A DNA stretch of 64,000 nucleotides from an uncultured Verrucomicrobiae bacterium (GTDB taxonomy: Bacteria > Verrucomicrobiota > Verrucomicrobiia > Limisphaerales > Palsa-1400), in assembly GCA_963702845.1 (NCBI GenBank), contig OY969763.1, positions 1,952,001-2,016,000 of the forward strand. The letters run 5' to 3'. Each line of letters opens with the position of its first letter. Position 1 is the first letter of the stretch. Below the pieces are notes generated by a model. That model made no database searches, was not told the origin of the DNA, and saw only the letters and a list, made by a program, of their open reading frames with translations. A program made the position numbers and the translations under genes. Below, piece after piece: positions 48,503 to 58,541 of the stretch.

Positions 48503-51500
48503 ATGCAATCGAATCACACGCAATCAGAGTATCCCAGATCGCATCAACGACAAAAGTTTTTCAATCCGTGTCCAATGCAAGTTATCCCGTTCGAAAAATT
48601 AACCAGGCCCGTTTCACAGCGTTTTGTCACCTTGCTTTTGCTCGTCGGCATTTCGTGGTTCGTCGATTGTTGCGATGTTCGCGCGCAGTCGTGTTCGGCA
48701 AACGGGCAAACGTTAGGCGCTTATGTCCAGTACCAGACGGTTTACGCCGATCTGTCGAAATGCTGTTTTCCCGAATATACGAATTTGGATCTGCCGAGGA
48801 TCCATATGTATCACACCCAGCGGATCGTCGGAGACTACGGCTATCATTACACAAATGATTTTACAGAGGCCACCAATTGGTCCGGTGGGTCTGACGGCAG
48901 ACAATGGGAGTACCATGCCGGAGTTTACTCAGAGCACGATAATACGACTCGGAATTTTGATTTCACTGAAAATAGGTACGTGCGCGCGGAGATAACGAAC
49001 TATTGTTTTTATACGAACAGTTGTTCGGGCGACCTTTCGACCGACAATGAAATGACTGATAGTCGATATTACCATTCGTGGAGCTCTGTTGATGGCGAGG
49101 AATCCGATTCAGCGTCCTCGTCCTCCGTTGTATCGGGGACGGTTACCACTAATGACTGCTGCATTTCTCCATTCCCATGCAATCCTAACGGTCATGATGT
49201 AGCCTATGGTTTCGTTGGTTCATGGAGTGATATCACACACGTGTACAATTACTATTCTTCTGGCTCTGGCGGCCCCACTTCGGACCCCGATAAAACAACC
49301 TCCAGCACGAACACGGGTAACATATCCTGTTTAACTGTGCATAGAGCTTTGACTCAAATTGATACTCCAATTAAGGCTGAGTCGGATTTCAGTGTCACAA
49401 ACACAAGTTTACCTCCACTGTGCCCTAGTTGCTCAAGTGATGCGTTCGTCGATTCTACGCATGATGTTTTTAACTATACACTTTCTTACGAGTATACGGA
49501 CGAGGAACTGAGTAATCACATTGTCGGGTTAATGGGGGATTTCTCCGGAAGTTGGTATACACCGGACGGCTCTGGCAACGAATTCTATAAGACAACAGCC
49601 TATTCAATGATTGATGGCGATCATGTCCATGGACAGTGGCAACCTACCCAAGAGGGAGGGAGTTACCCGGTCGACGCCGAGATGCAGAAGATGAAGTATC
49701 GGATCGTGATTCCAAACACGGAAGCTTGGAAGCGTTACCAAGTGTCTTGGGATCTGATAACATACGACTTTACCACCGGAGTAATCGAAACTGTCCCTCA
49801 CATTGTTTATATCGATGGGACTGGAGAATCTGATCAAATTTACGCTGGCGAGGAGATTGTGAACCCTCCCCATTGGGACGACAGTCGCGACTTTTTCGGA
49901 GGCGTTGTTGCAACGTGGGTGGACAACCTTGCTATTTCAGAGACATCGGAGAACCTTGCTGGCGCTGGACCGGGATCTTTGAGTTGGAGCGGGAATGCCT
50001 CGGGTTGTGCGACATGTGGCAGCGCTCGATCGGCCTTGCAGCATTCGCCATACGGTGCTTTGGCCGCGTCTTTCGCTTTAGGCAATGCGTTGGGGTATGG
50101 TTCAGCCGGAAACTTGGAGATATTGGCGCGCGTGCCGGACGTCAATTTGGCGACGCCCAAAAGCATCATTTACCCTGACGGGATTCCTTCGATCGAGGCG
50201 ATCCGGTTATCGGGAGTCTTGCGTCAGGTTAACGCTCCGCAAGCATTGGTGGACATCGTCACTCTCGATTCATTCTCATATGAGTTACGGTACTACCTGC
50301 CGTCCCAGGTTGGGAGCCTTAGCGGCGGTGTATACTCGGTGACGGGAAGCCCCTTTGTCACTTGGACGATCCAAAATCCAGATGCCTCCACCAATACGTA
50401 TAATCGGCTTCAGATTACTGAAACCCGCGGATCGGATAGCCGCGGATTTCTGTACACCTATAATCCGACGAATTCGGTCTGGACTTTGACTCGGCCTGAT
50501 AATTCACAGGAAGAGATCGCCACCGGGTTCACTAACAACGTGGATTGGATTACCCTGAATGTAACGAACACTGTCCGCAGTCCGTTGGGGGTGACGAATT
50601 TTCAGGAAATTCGCGTTTATCAGCGCCCAATTGGAATTCAGCCAGTGAGCGTCAGCGGATCGACGACCAATCGCGCAGAGTTGAGGTCGAATCCGCAGAT
50701 GAAATTTTATTTAACGACGAACATTGTAAATCCCGGCTCGAATGCGAAAGTAACCACGTACAGTTATTACGACAATTATACCAGCCCGTACGCGTGGGGA
50801 GCATGGTTCCATTCAACGATTCCTCCCGTTAAGTACATTAAGAGATCGGACGGCACATGGGAATATTTCGCCTATAACGCTCAAAACGTGACGGATCACG
50901 TCACGCCGTTCGGGGACGCTGCGGCACCAACATCAGGTGCCCCGTCTTACTCCACGTCGCGACATACCGTCTATTCGGAATTTGACGGAGGCGATTTTTT
51001 GACTTACGCGCAGGATACAGTGCAGGAGGATAAAGCGCATTGGACCACGCATATTTCGTTCACGACGAACTTGTCTCCTGGCGTCCATTTTTACGGTGAA
51101 ACTGATGGAACGCAAAATTATCACACCATTACGGGATACTTCACGAACGGATTTAATGCGGGCAGGCTGCAAAGCGTGCAGAAACCGGACGGCACGTTGA
51201 CGCTTTACGCCTACGACATTGCTGCCGACGCCACGCAGACGAATACCGTTTGGTCCGGGGCACCCAACAGTGACAAGACAGCAGTGGTCGATGGCACTAA
51301 AACTGTCACAATTATGGGGCCGGTTGGACAGATAATCTCCTACACGCAAACCGATATACGTTCAGGAATAACATTGGCGAACGACGTGTATGGAAACTAC
51401 GACTCACTTAGCCGGCCGCAGTTGGTCACACACATGGATGGAACAACAGAGCAGAAGTATTATAGCTGCTGTGGAATTGATTATACGGTCGACCGTGACG

Positions 51501-54500
51501 GTGTTACGACTCAGTATTACTATGATGATGCCAAGCGACAGGTGGCGACTTTCCGCAACGGTATAACGACGAGCAACCTGCTGGACTCCGTCGGTCGTAT
51601 CTTGAAAACAGTGCGAATCGGAACCGACAACTCGCAGATCGTGTTGGGGCAATGGCAATACGACCTATCGGGCACTCTGATTCGACAGACCAATGCGTTG
51701 GGGGGCGTGACAAGCTATACTGAAGGGACAGGTGGGCTTGTAAGGACGACTACAAATCCAGACGGCGGAACGATCATCGAAACTTATTATGGTGACGGAC
51801 AACTGAAGAGCCGCACCGGGACGGCGGTCCACGGCGTCGCATACTCTTACGACGTGGACTCGCCTGGGCACCGGATCACGACGGAAACCAAACTGACGGC
51901 TGCTGGCGTCGCTACCTCCGAAGCCGTGAGCTCGTACGTAGACTGGCTCGGAAAGCCTACGAAGACTGTTTACAGCGATACTGCGGGGTCGAGTATTCAG
52001 TATTCCTACAACACCGTCGGCCAATTGGCTCAAGAAATCGATCCCGACGGCGTCACCACGCTCTATGGATACAATCTCAAAGGAGAATTAACTACAAACG
52101 CGATTGATATGGAAGGTTATGGCACAATTGATCCGAGCGGCACTAATCGCATCACTTTTACCACCAATGATGTCGTTTCTGATCACGGAGTGAACGTCCT
52201 GCGCTCCCGTACGTATGTTTGGATGACAGACAACGACGATTCGCCGTCGCTGGTTTCGATGTCCGAAATGTCCACGGACGGCTTGCAATCGTGGCAAACG
52301 CGTTACCGCGACTCAAGCACGCCCGTCACAACACACTCTCAGACGGTCTATAGTGGCACGAACCGCACAGTTACCGTGACCACCCCTGACAATTCGTGCA
52401 CCGTTACACGGTATTTGAACGGGCGATTAAGCTCCACCACGCAATACGATTCAACGCCCACCCAGATTGGCAGCACAACTTACGGCTACGATGCCCATGG
52501 CAGGCAGAACACCGTCACCGATGTCCGCAATGGAACTATGGTTTACACATTCAACGATGCTGACTTGGTGGTTACGGTGACGACGCCTGACCCTGGAGTC
52601 ACGGGCGGTTCGCCGCAGACGCTGACTACCCTTTATAGCAAGTCACTGGAGGCGACGAATACCATCATGCCAGACAGCACGTCAGTAACAAATTTCTATT
52701 TACCGACGGGAGAAGTCTCACTCACCTGCGGCTCGCGAACGTATCCGGTCGGCTATAGCTATGACTATGCTGGCCGCGTGAAATCGATGACTAACTGGTC
52801 GGACTTCTCGAGCCGGAGCGGAGCGCGAGTGACCACCTGGGATTACGATCCATATCGCGGTTTTCTCATCGGCAAAGTCTACGCAGACACCAACGGACCA
52901 TCATATCAATACACTGCTGCAGGACGGCTTCGTATTCGCACTTGGGCGCGAGGCACCAATACCACCTACGGTTACACACCCGCGGGCGACCTTTACACGG
53001 TGACCTACGACGATGGTTCCACCCCTTCAGCAACGTGCAGCTACGATCGCATCGGCCGGATGAATTCACTGGTGCGGGACGGGATGACAACCACGTTGGC
53101 TTATGACTTTGCCAACGATCTCTTAAACGAATCGTATTTGGGAGGCGTTTTAGATGGGTTGTCAGTGACGAACGGGTATGACGCGAAGCTTCGCCAAACT
53201 GGGTTAGGAGCATTGTCTGGTTCTTCTGTCCTGACCAGCGCCGGATATACTTACGACAATGCTTCAAGACTGGCAACAGTGACGTCTGGTACAGAAAGCG
53301 CCACATACAGTTACGTGGTTAATTCGCGGTTAGTGGGGCAGATTGCGTTCAAGCACGGCGGTTCCACGAAGATGACGAGAACCAAGCAATACGACCGTCT
53401 TAATCGCCTGACTTCAATCTCATCTATACCCACGCTGGCGACTTTTGAGTACGGGTACAACAACGCGAATCAACGTGTCCGTGCAACGCTTCCGGATAGC
53501 TTTTGGTCATACGGCTACGACGACCACCTGGGGCAGGTCACGTCAGGAAAGAAATATTGGAATGATGGAACGCCGGTTGCCGGGGAGCAGTTTGAATACA
53601 ATTTTGACGACATTGGGAATCGGAACACGACGAAAGGTGGCGGCTATGAAACCGGAGATTATCTGCGTCTGGCCCACTACACCAACAATCTTGTGAACCA
53701 GATTACGAGCCGCGATGTGCCCGGTTTTAAAGACATCACCGGCCTGAGTCTTGTTACCAACGCCGTAACCGTGAACACCGAGAGCACCTATCGAAAGGGC
53801 GAGTATTTCAGAAAGGAGCTGGTCATTACCAATACGACATCACCGGTGTGGACGAACGTCTCAGTTGTGGCGGGCATTCAAGGTGTTTCGGGTAATTGTC
53901 TTGTACCAAAAACGCCAGAAATATTTAGCTACGACGATGATGGAAACCTAACTTGTGACGGGTTATGGATATACAAGTGGGATGCCGAGAATCGCCTCGT
54001 TTCCATGGAATCAGTTTCGACAATTCCAATAGTAGCGAAGAAGAAAATCAATTTCGCGTACGATTTTCATGGGCGTCGCATCCAGAAGCTGGTCTCAACC
54101 AACAACGGCACGAGCTACGTTGCCCAGTATACAAATCGCTTTGTTTACGAGGGCTGGAATCTGATCGCGGAAGTTGCGCCGAATAATTCGGCGGTTCGCA
54201 CGTATTTGTGGGGGACAGATTTGAGCGGAGGAATGCTAGGGGCGGGTGGAATCGGCGGCTTGCTCGAGATATCGTATTTTGGAGCTTCCACAACCAATTG
54301 TTTTGTGGCCTTCAATGGAAATGGGGATGTCAGCGCGTTAATCAACACTTCGAATGGCGGCGTTTTGGCTAGCTATGAATATGGCCCTTTCGGTGAAACC
54401 ATCCGCGCTACTGGAACGATGGCAAAAGTTAATCCGTTCCGGTTCTCGACCAAATACAACGATGATGAGAGCGATTTGATTTATTATGGATATCGTTACC

Positions 54501-55297
54501 TGAACACTGGAACGGGCAGATGGCTGAGCCGAGACCCCGAGGGTGAGACCGGCGGGGCTAACCTCTACATTTTCGCTGGAAATCAACCAATAACATTCGT
54601 TGACCCAACTGGTTTACAATGGACCATCAAACGAAATCGGCAGGAGCGGGCAGTGGCGACAGCTGAATGCGGTGATACTATTGTTGATTTGGCCCAGCGT
54701 ATTGGTCTCGATGAGACCGAATACCGGAATTGGCTTCAGCCAGTGGATGGTCAAGGCCTGCCAACGTCTCCTTCCGAAGCACTCAGTGGGAACCGAACTT
54801 TCACAATTCCAAACAAGGTTTTATTTGTGATGGGTGGATTCCTAAATTGGCTTGATTATGGTCTTTTGGAAACGCGTGCCGTTGGACTCATGGAAGCCGC
54901 CGAAGAAGATGGTTATTTTGTGAAATACATGGATTATCAGATACAACCGTATGACAAAAATGACATTTTAGCTCAAAGAAAGAATCTCCACGGTTTCATG
55001 CTTTTTGGCCACGGAAGTGTCGATATTCCAGTGATTTCTTCGGCCAAGCCTGGGAACTTTGTTTACGATTTAGGGGCTGGAGATAACCAGGAAATTGGGG
55101 CAGCAGAAATGATCGCAAATTATCATTATGGCATTGTAGTAGCAAAATTTTGCAGTTCAGGTATTGGAGATTGGAGCAGCGATGCGTCTAAGAATGGTTC
55201 AGCATTCGCTACGCGTGGTATTGTTACGTTGCCATTTATCGCGTTTTTCCGAATTTGGTATATGGAACATGTGCTTCTTAGACAGTCAGGTTTATGA
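48503..55297 (+). CDS. RHS/YD-repeat polymorphic toxin 2 with signal peptide
   Basis: YD repeats, RHS core, VDPTG cleavage motif, ~230-aa tip unrelated to the RHS1 tip. Confidence 0.93.
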   Translation: MQSNHTQSEYPRSHQRQKFFNPCPMQVIPFEKLTRPVSQRFVTLLLLVGISWFVDCCDVRAQSCSANGQTLGAYVQYQTVYADLSKCCFPEYTNLDLPRIHMYHTQRIVGDYGYHYTNDFTEATNWSGGSDGRQWEYHAGVYSEHDNTTRNFDFTENRYVRAEITNYCFYTNSCSGDLSTDNEMTDSRYYHSWSSVDGEESDSASSSSVVSGTVTTNDCCISPFPCNPNGHDVAYGFVGSWSDITHVYNYYSSGSGGPTSDPDKTTSSTNTGNISCLTVHRALTQIDTPIKAESDFSVTNTSLPPLCPSCSSDAFVDSTHDVFNYTLSYEYTDEELSNHIVGLMGDFSGSWYTPDGSGNEFYKTTAYSMIDGDHVHGQWQPTQEGGSYPVDAEMQKMKYRIVIPNTEAWKRYQVSWDLITYDFTTGVIETVPHIVYIDGTGESDQIYAGEEIVNPPHWDDSRDFFGGVVATWVDNLAISETSENLAGAGPGSLSWSGNASGCATCGSARSALQHSPYGALAASFALGNALGYGSAGNLEILARVPDVNLATPKSIIYPDGIPSIEAIRLSGVLRQVNAPQALVDIVTLDSFSYELRYYLPSQVGSLSGGVYSVTGSPFVTWTIQNPDASTNTYNRLQITETRGSDSRGFLYTYNPTNSVWTLTRPDNSQEEIATGFTNNVDWITLNVTNTVRSPLGVTNFQEIRVYQRPIGIQPVSVSGSTTNRAELRSNPQMKFYLTTNIVNPGSNAKVTTYSYYDNYTSPYAWGAWFHSTIPPVKYIKRSDGTWEYFAYNAQNVTDHVTPFGDAAAPTSGAPSYSTSRHTVYSEFDGGDFLTYAQDTVQEDKAHWTTHISFTTNLSPGVHFYGETDGTQNYHTITGYFTNGFNAGRLQSVQKPDGTLTLYAYDIAADATQTNTVWSGAPNSDKTAVVDGTKTVTIMGPVGQIISYTQTDIRSGITLANDVYGNYDSLSRPQLVTHMDGTTEQKYYSCCGIDYTVDRDGVTTQYYYDDAKRQVATFRNGITTSNLLDSVGRILKTVRIGTDNSQIVLGQWQYDLSGTLIRQTNALGGVTSYTEGTGGLVRTTTNPDGGTIIETYYGDGQLKSRTGTAVHGVAYSYDVDSPGHRITTETKLTAAGVATSEAVSSYVDWLGKPTKTVYSDTAGSSIQYSYNTVGQLAQEIDPDGVTTLYGYNLKGELTTNAIDMEGYGTIDPSGTNRITFTTNDVVSDHGVNVLRSRTYVWMTDNDDSPSLVSMSEMSTDGLQSWQTRYRDSSTPVTTHSQTVYSGTNRTVTVTTPDNSCTVTRYLNGRLSSTTQYDSTPTQIGSTTYGYDAHGRQNTVTDVRNGTMVYTFNDADLVVTVTTPDPGVTGGSPQTLTTLYSKSLEATNTIMPDSTSVTNFYLPTGEVSLTCGSRTYPVGYSYDYAGRVKSMTNWSDFSSRSGARVTTWDYDPYRGFLIGKVYADTNGPSYQYTAAGRLRIRTWARGTNTTYGYTPAGDLYTVTYDDGSTPSATCSYDRIGRMNSLVRDGMTTTLAYDFANDLLNESYLGGVLDGLSVTNGYDAKLRQTGLGALSGSSVLTSAGYTYDNASRLATVTSGTESATYSYVVNSRLVGQIAFKHGGSTKMTRTKQYDRLNRLTSISSIPTLATFEYGYNNANQRVRATLPDSFWSYGYDDHLGQVTSGKKYWNDGTPVAGEQFEYNFDDIGNRNTTKGGGYETGDYLRLAHYTNNLVNQITSRDVPGFKDITGLSLVTNAVTVNTESTYRKGEYFRKELVITNTTSPVWTNVSVVAGIQGVSGNCLVPKTPEIFSYDDDGNLTCDGLWIYKWDAENRLVSMESVSTIPIVAKKKINFAYDFHGRRIQKLVSTNNGTSYVAQYTNRFVYEGWNLIAEVAPNNSAVRTYLWGTDLSGGMLGAGGIGGLLEISYFGASTTNCFVAFNGNGDVSALINTSNGGVLASYEYGPFGETIRATGTMAKVNPFRFSTKYNDDESDLIYYGYRYLNTGTGRWLSRDPEGETGGANLYIFAGNQPITFVDPTGLQWTIKRNRQERAVATAECGDTIVDLAQRIGLDETEYRNWLQPVDGQGLPTSPSEALSGNRTFTIPNKVLFVMGGFLNWLDYGLLETRAVGLMEAAEEDGYFVKYMDYQIQPYDKNDILAQRKNLHGFMLFGHGSVDIPVISSAKPGNFVYDLGAGDNQEIGAAEMIANYHYGIVVAKFCSSGIGDWSSDASKNGSAFATRGIVTLPFIAFFRIWYMEHVLLRQSGL

Positions 55298-55686
55298 ATA
55301 GTCAGCGACCATGGGCAGCCAGAGCATTCTTAGCATTCGTGTTGTTGGTGCTCGGATACGTTTTACTCATCCCAGAGTACACATACTATTACCGATCAAC
55401 AAAGGATTCAGCAACGAAGCTAGACCCTTGGCAGGATTATGTGCGAGTTAGTGGGAAAGCTAAATTTGTTTTAGTTCGCCCACAGCAATTTGTTGTAAAA
55501 AGTGACACCATCTATTTACTCGCACGGAGAACCACATCTCTTCCTTTGTTCATGGCTGTGCTGGGCCACTACGACAAAGTCTGGAGTATTGGTGAGCTAA
55601 ACATGCTTTCATCAAACCATGTAGAGCTGAAGTCTCTGTGGCCCGATCCAAGTGCTGAGAACTTGGGTGTTCAATGGATCAAATAA
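55294..55686 (+). CDS. Putative immunity protein for RHS2 (N-terminal TM)
   Basis: ATGA overlap with the RHS2 stop; hydrophobic N-terminus. Confidence 0.7.
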   Translation: MNSQRPWAARAFLAFVLLVLGYVLLIPEYTYYYRSTKDSATKLDPWQDYVRVSGKAKFVLVRPQQFVVKSDTIYLLARRTTSLPLFMAVLGHYDKVWSIGELNMLSSNHVELKSLWPDPSAENLGVQWIK

Positions 55687-55878
55687 AATTGTAGGCAGTC
55701 AACCATGGTAGTCCGCGGTAAATGTCACATCTGCTGCGTTCAGGCAGCGCTAACATAGACGTCACGCGTATATCTATGTGAACCGGCAAAGTTGTAAGCA
55801 TCACGCCAAGTGACTATCTCCAGCAGCATCATAGCTGGTCAAAAGAGTCATAGTTGTCATAGGGCTTTGCTACGACAA

Positions 55879-56150
55879 CTATGATGTGGTTTGTGGTCGA
55901 AGGGATTCTTTCGTTTTATTCCATTCCACTGGCGTCAGTTGGTTCACCTGGCGGTTGGTCAAGTGTGGCAGACGAACGAGCACATCGCGCAAGTAGGCCA
56001 GCGGGTCGATCCCGCGTTTGCGACAGCTTTCGATCAGCGTGTAAATGATCGCGGCACGTTGGCCGGCTCCTGCTTCGCCGACAAAGAGCCAGTTCTTTTT
56101 GCCAATCGCAGTCGGGCGAATGGCGTTCTCGACTAAATTTGTTATCAATC
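55879..56150 (-). mobile_element. IS66 transposase C-terminal remnant
   Basis: NLVENAIRPTAIGKKNWLFVG...GQRAAIIYTLIESC...GIDPLAYLRDVL. Confidence 0.9.
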
Positions 56151-56594
56151 TCCAAAGGTCGCGTGCGAACATCAACGAACAGCGGCGTGCCTAGTGTGGG
56201 AAAGTGATCAGCTGAAGGTTCTGACCTTCGAGGATCATACAACCCTAAGTACGTAACCAGCCGCCCAAACGTGCGGGTCAGGTGTGCCTGTCGGACGCAA
56301 GGTTGAACAGACTTCATCGAAGATGCCGTGTCTATCCTCTGGCTTTACGATCGATGATAGCGCTGAAGTCCAAATAAGAGGCAGCAAACAGGTGCCGATG
56401 GCTACGGCTTGAACAAAGGCGCATTTTGGTGATTAGAAGATAAACTACTTAGTGATACAACTCGGCTCAAAGCAATTGAAAGAGTGGCGGATCGGGTCTT
56501 TTCCAAAGCCAATCCCTCTTTTTAGAGAAACCTATCAACGTGCAGGACGGCAAAGTTGCCAAAAACCCAACATTCTATTCCGCCGTTGGGCTGC

Positions 56595-56870
56595 TTAAGC
56601 CGCCACCATTTCCAAGATTTCGACCAGCTTGTTCCACTCCGCGCCGTCTGGCTGTTGTCGGTCACGTTCCCAACGTTGGAGGAGCGCCCGCCCAATGCCT
56701 ATCAATTGCGCCAATTGCCGCTGAGTAAGGCCTTTCTCAACCCGCTTGGCCTTGATGTGGTCTCCGAGCGTTTTAACCGTTGTCGGGAAGGCTTTACGTG
56801 GGCTACGTTCAACTGGAATATATGCGCGAGATGCCTTAATTTGGCGGTGACAAAAACCCAACAGTGCTAA
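56595..56870 (-). CDS. XRE HTH protein (start uncertain)
   Basis: TLGDHIKAKRVEKGLTQRQLAQLIGIGRALLQRWERDRQQP. Confidence 0.65.
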   Translation of the reverse strand, partial: LALLGFCHRQIKASRAYIPVERSPRKAFPTTVKTLGDHIKAKRVEKGLTQRQLAQLIGIGRALLQRWERDRQQPDGAEWNKLVEILEMVAA

Positions 56871-57085
56871 CGAATAGTTTTGATGGAAAACGCAGCGGTG
56901 GGTTACGTCAAACATATGTAGCGGTGGTTTGAAATCCGACATTGCTGCGGGCGAGGACGACCGCACTCCGAAAAAGGCTCAGGCCCGGTTTTCGCGACGG
57001 TTCTCCACGTAATGTCTAATGGCAGAAGTTCCATCGGCGTGAACGTTCTCTGGCAGAGCGCATGGACCTCATTACGCCGTCACAC

Positions 57086-58354
57086 TTATGACACAGGCTC
57101 CGGTTGGCTGTCGGAATCCCAACCTGCATCATGAGCGCGCGTTCCACCACATCTCCATGCGCCGTTAACCTTGACCATGGTTACAATTTTGGTCTGCTGC
57201 GGAGTCGAACTCTGCTGCGAGTCCGTGAAGCCGAACTGGTATTTCAACTCCACTCTGTCACTGGACAGGTCTTTGCGCGCTAAAATCTGAAATCCCTGGA
57301 ATGAAGTGGCAAACTCCTCTCGTGATCTGGCGCGGAACGTAGCCTTGTCACCCATCCAGCTTTTTGCACCGCTCACCGCTTGTGGATCCGTCGCGGCGAT
57401 GACTGCATCATAATCGCCCTGGGCCCGCTCCCAATATCGCGATTCCCAGGCATCCTCCGGCGTGGTATTGCCGGCGTCAATCAATTGGCCACGGCCAAAA
57501 AACCGTCCCTTGATGCTACCTGTGGCTGTGGTGGTGCGTGGGATTGGGTGTGCGTCCGTATAATTCCGAATTTCTTTGATAACGATGGCGGTCGTGCCTG
57601 TAGCCAACAATAAGACGATGCCAGTTGCGATAGCTGTTTTTATTTTAGTCCAAGCCATAATTTTTAATGTTCCTTTGATCAGATTTAAAGCTGAGGCGGA
57701 AGCCGCCGGGGCTTTGGCCAACGCGAGTGCCGTCGCGGTTTTGGCCAGGCCAACCGGGGCGCTTTGAACGGCATGTGCGCAAATGGTTCCGGAAAGGATT
57801 TCCGAGGTGGAAACAACGCCGCGTTTATAAAAAAAGTGCCGCAGTTTTTCCGTCGCCCGATGCAAGCGAAGCCGGGCCGCGCCTTCATTTGCCCCCAAAA
57901 CCGCCCCGACCTCTTTCATGCTTTTGCCGTAAAGAAACCGCAGGACGACCGCATGCCGGTCGGTTTCATTCAAACTGGCAATAGCGGCGTCGAGCAGCGG
58001 GGCAATTTGCGACCAGACCTCAGATTCATTCTCGTTGGCGATGGATTGCATATAGGCCTCCTGTTCCCGGTGAGCGCGCCGAATTTCGCTTCTGACCGAG
58101 GCCAGCGCCGTCAGCCGGGCGGTCTGATAAAGCCAGCCTTCAAGGATGACGTGTTTTCCGAGACTGTGGGATTTGCGCGCCAGAATGACGAAGACAACCT
58201 GGGTAATTTCTTCGGCTTGCTGCGGGTTGCCCGTGTGCCGAAGCGCGACCGAATATACCTTGTTGACGTGCCGCGCGACAAGCGTGGCGAAGGCGTCCTC
58301 CGAGCCGCGCTCGGCGTATGCTCGCAACAAAGCGATATCATCCAATTCCTCCAT
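57086..58354 (-). CDS. ECF sigma-70 factor with TM and C-terminal extension
   Basis: DDIALLRAYAERGSEDAFATLVARH...AEEITQVVF...VVLRFLYGKSMKEVG; followed by MAWTKIK + TM helix. Confidence 0.92.
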   Translation of the reverse strand: MEELDDIALLRAYAERGSEDAFATLVARHVNKVYSVALRHTGNPQQAEEITQVVFVILARKSHSLGKHVILEGWLYQTARLTALASVRSEIRRAHREQEAYMQSIANENESEVWSQIAPLLDAAIASLNETDRHAVVLRFLYGKSMKEVGAVLGANEGAARLRLHRATEKLRHFFYKRGVVSTSEILSGTICAHAVQSAPVGLAKTATALALAKAPAASASALNLIKGTLKIMAWTKIKTAIATGIVLLLATGTTAIVIKEIRNYTDAHPIPRTTTATGSIKGRFFGRGQLIDAGNTTPEDAWESRYWERAQGDYDAVIAATDPQAVSGAKSWMGDKATFRARSREEFATSFQGFQILARKDLSSDRVELKYQFGFTDSQQSSTPQQTKIVTMVKVNGAWRCGGTRAHDAGWDSDSQPEPVS

Positions 58355-58541
58355 CTGGATATGAATTGTCGCCGACGGAGGAAACGTTACAAACAATTTT
58401 GAAGCCGGAAATCTCCTGAAGGCACCTGGCGAGGAAATGTCGCGAGTGATTTTCTGTAGATTACATTTTGGCGTATACATGACTGGCGGGGGCAGCAAAA
58501 AACTGGGTTGCACTTCTTGGGTGGGTCGCCAAACTTGCGCT

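Noticed and set aside
16371..55297. Diversity-generating retroelement template/variable repeat between the RHS copies
   Set aside because: No reverse transcriptase in the window, and differences are not adenine-specific.
56947..56970. REP-like palindrome GCGGGCGAGGACGACCGCACTCC near the island edge
   Set aside because: Single copy in the window, so it cannot be supported as a repeat without the rest of the genome.
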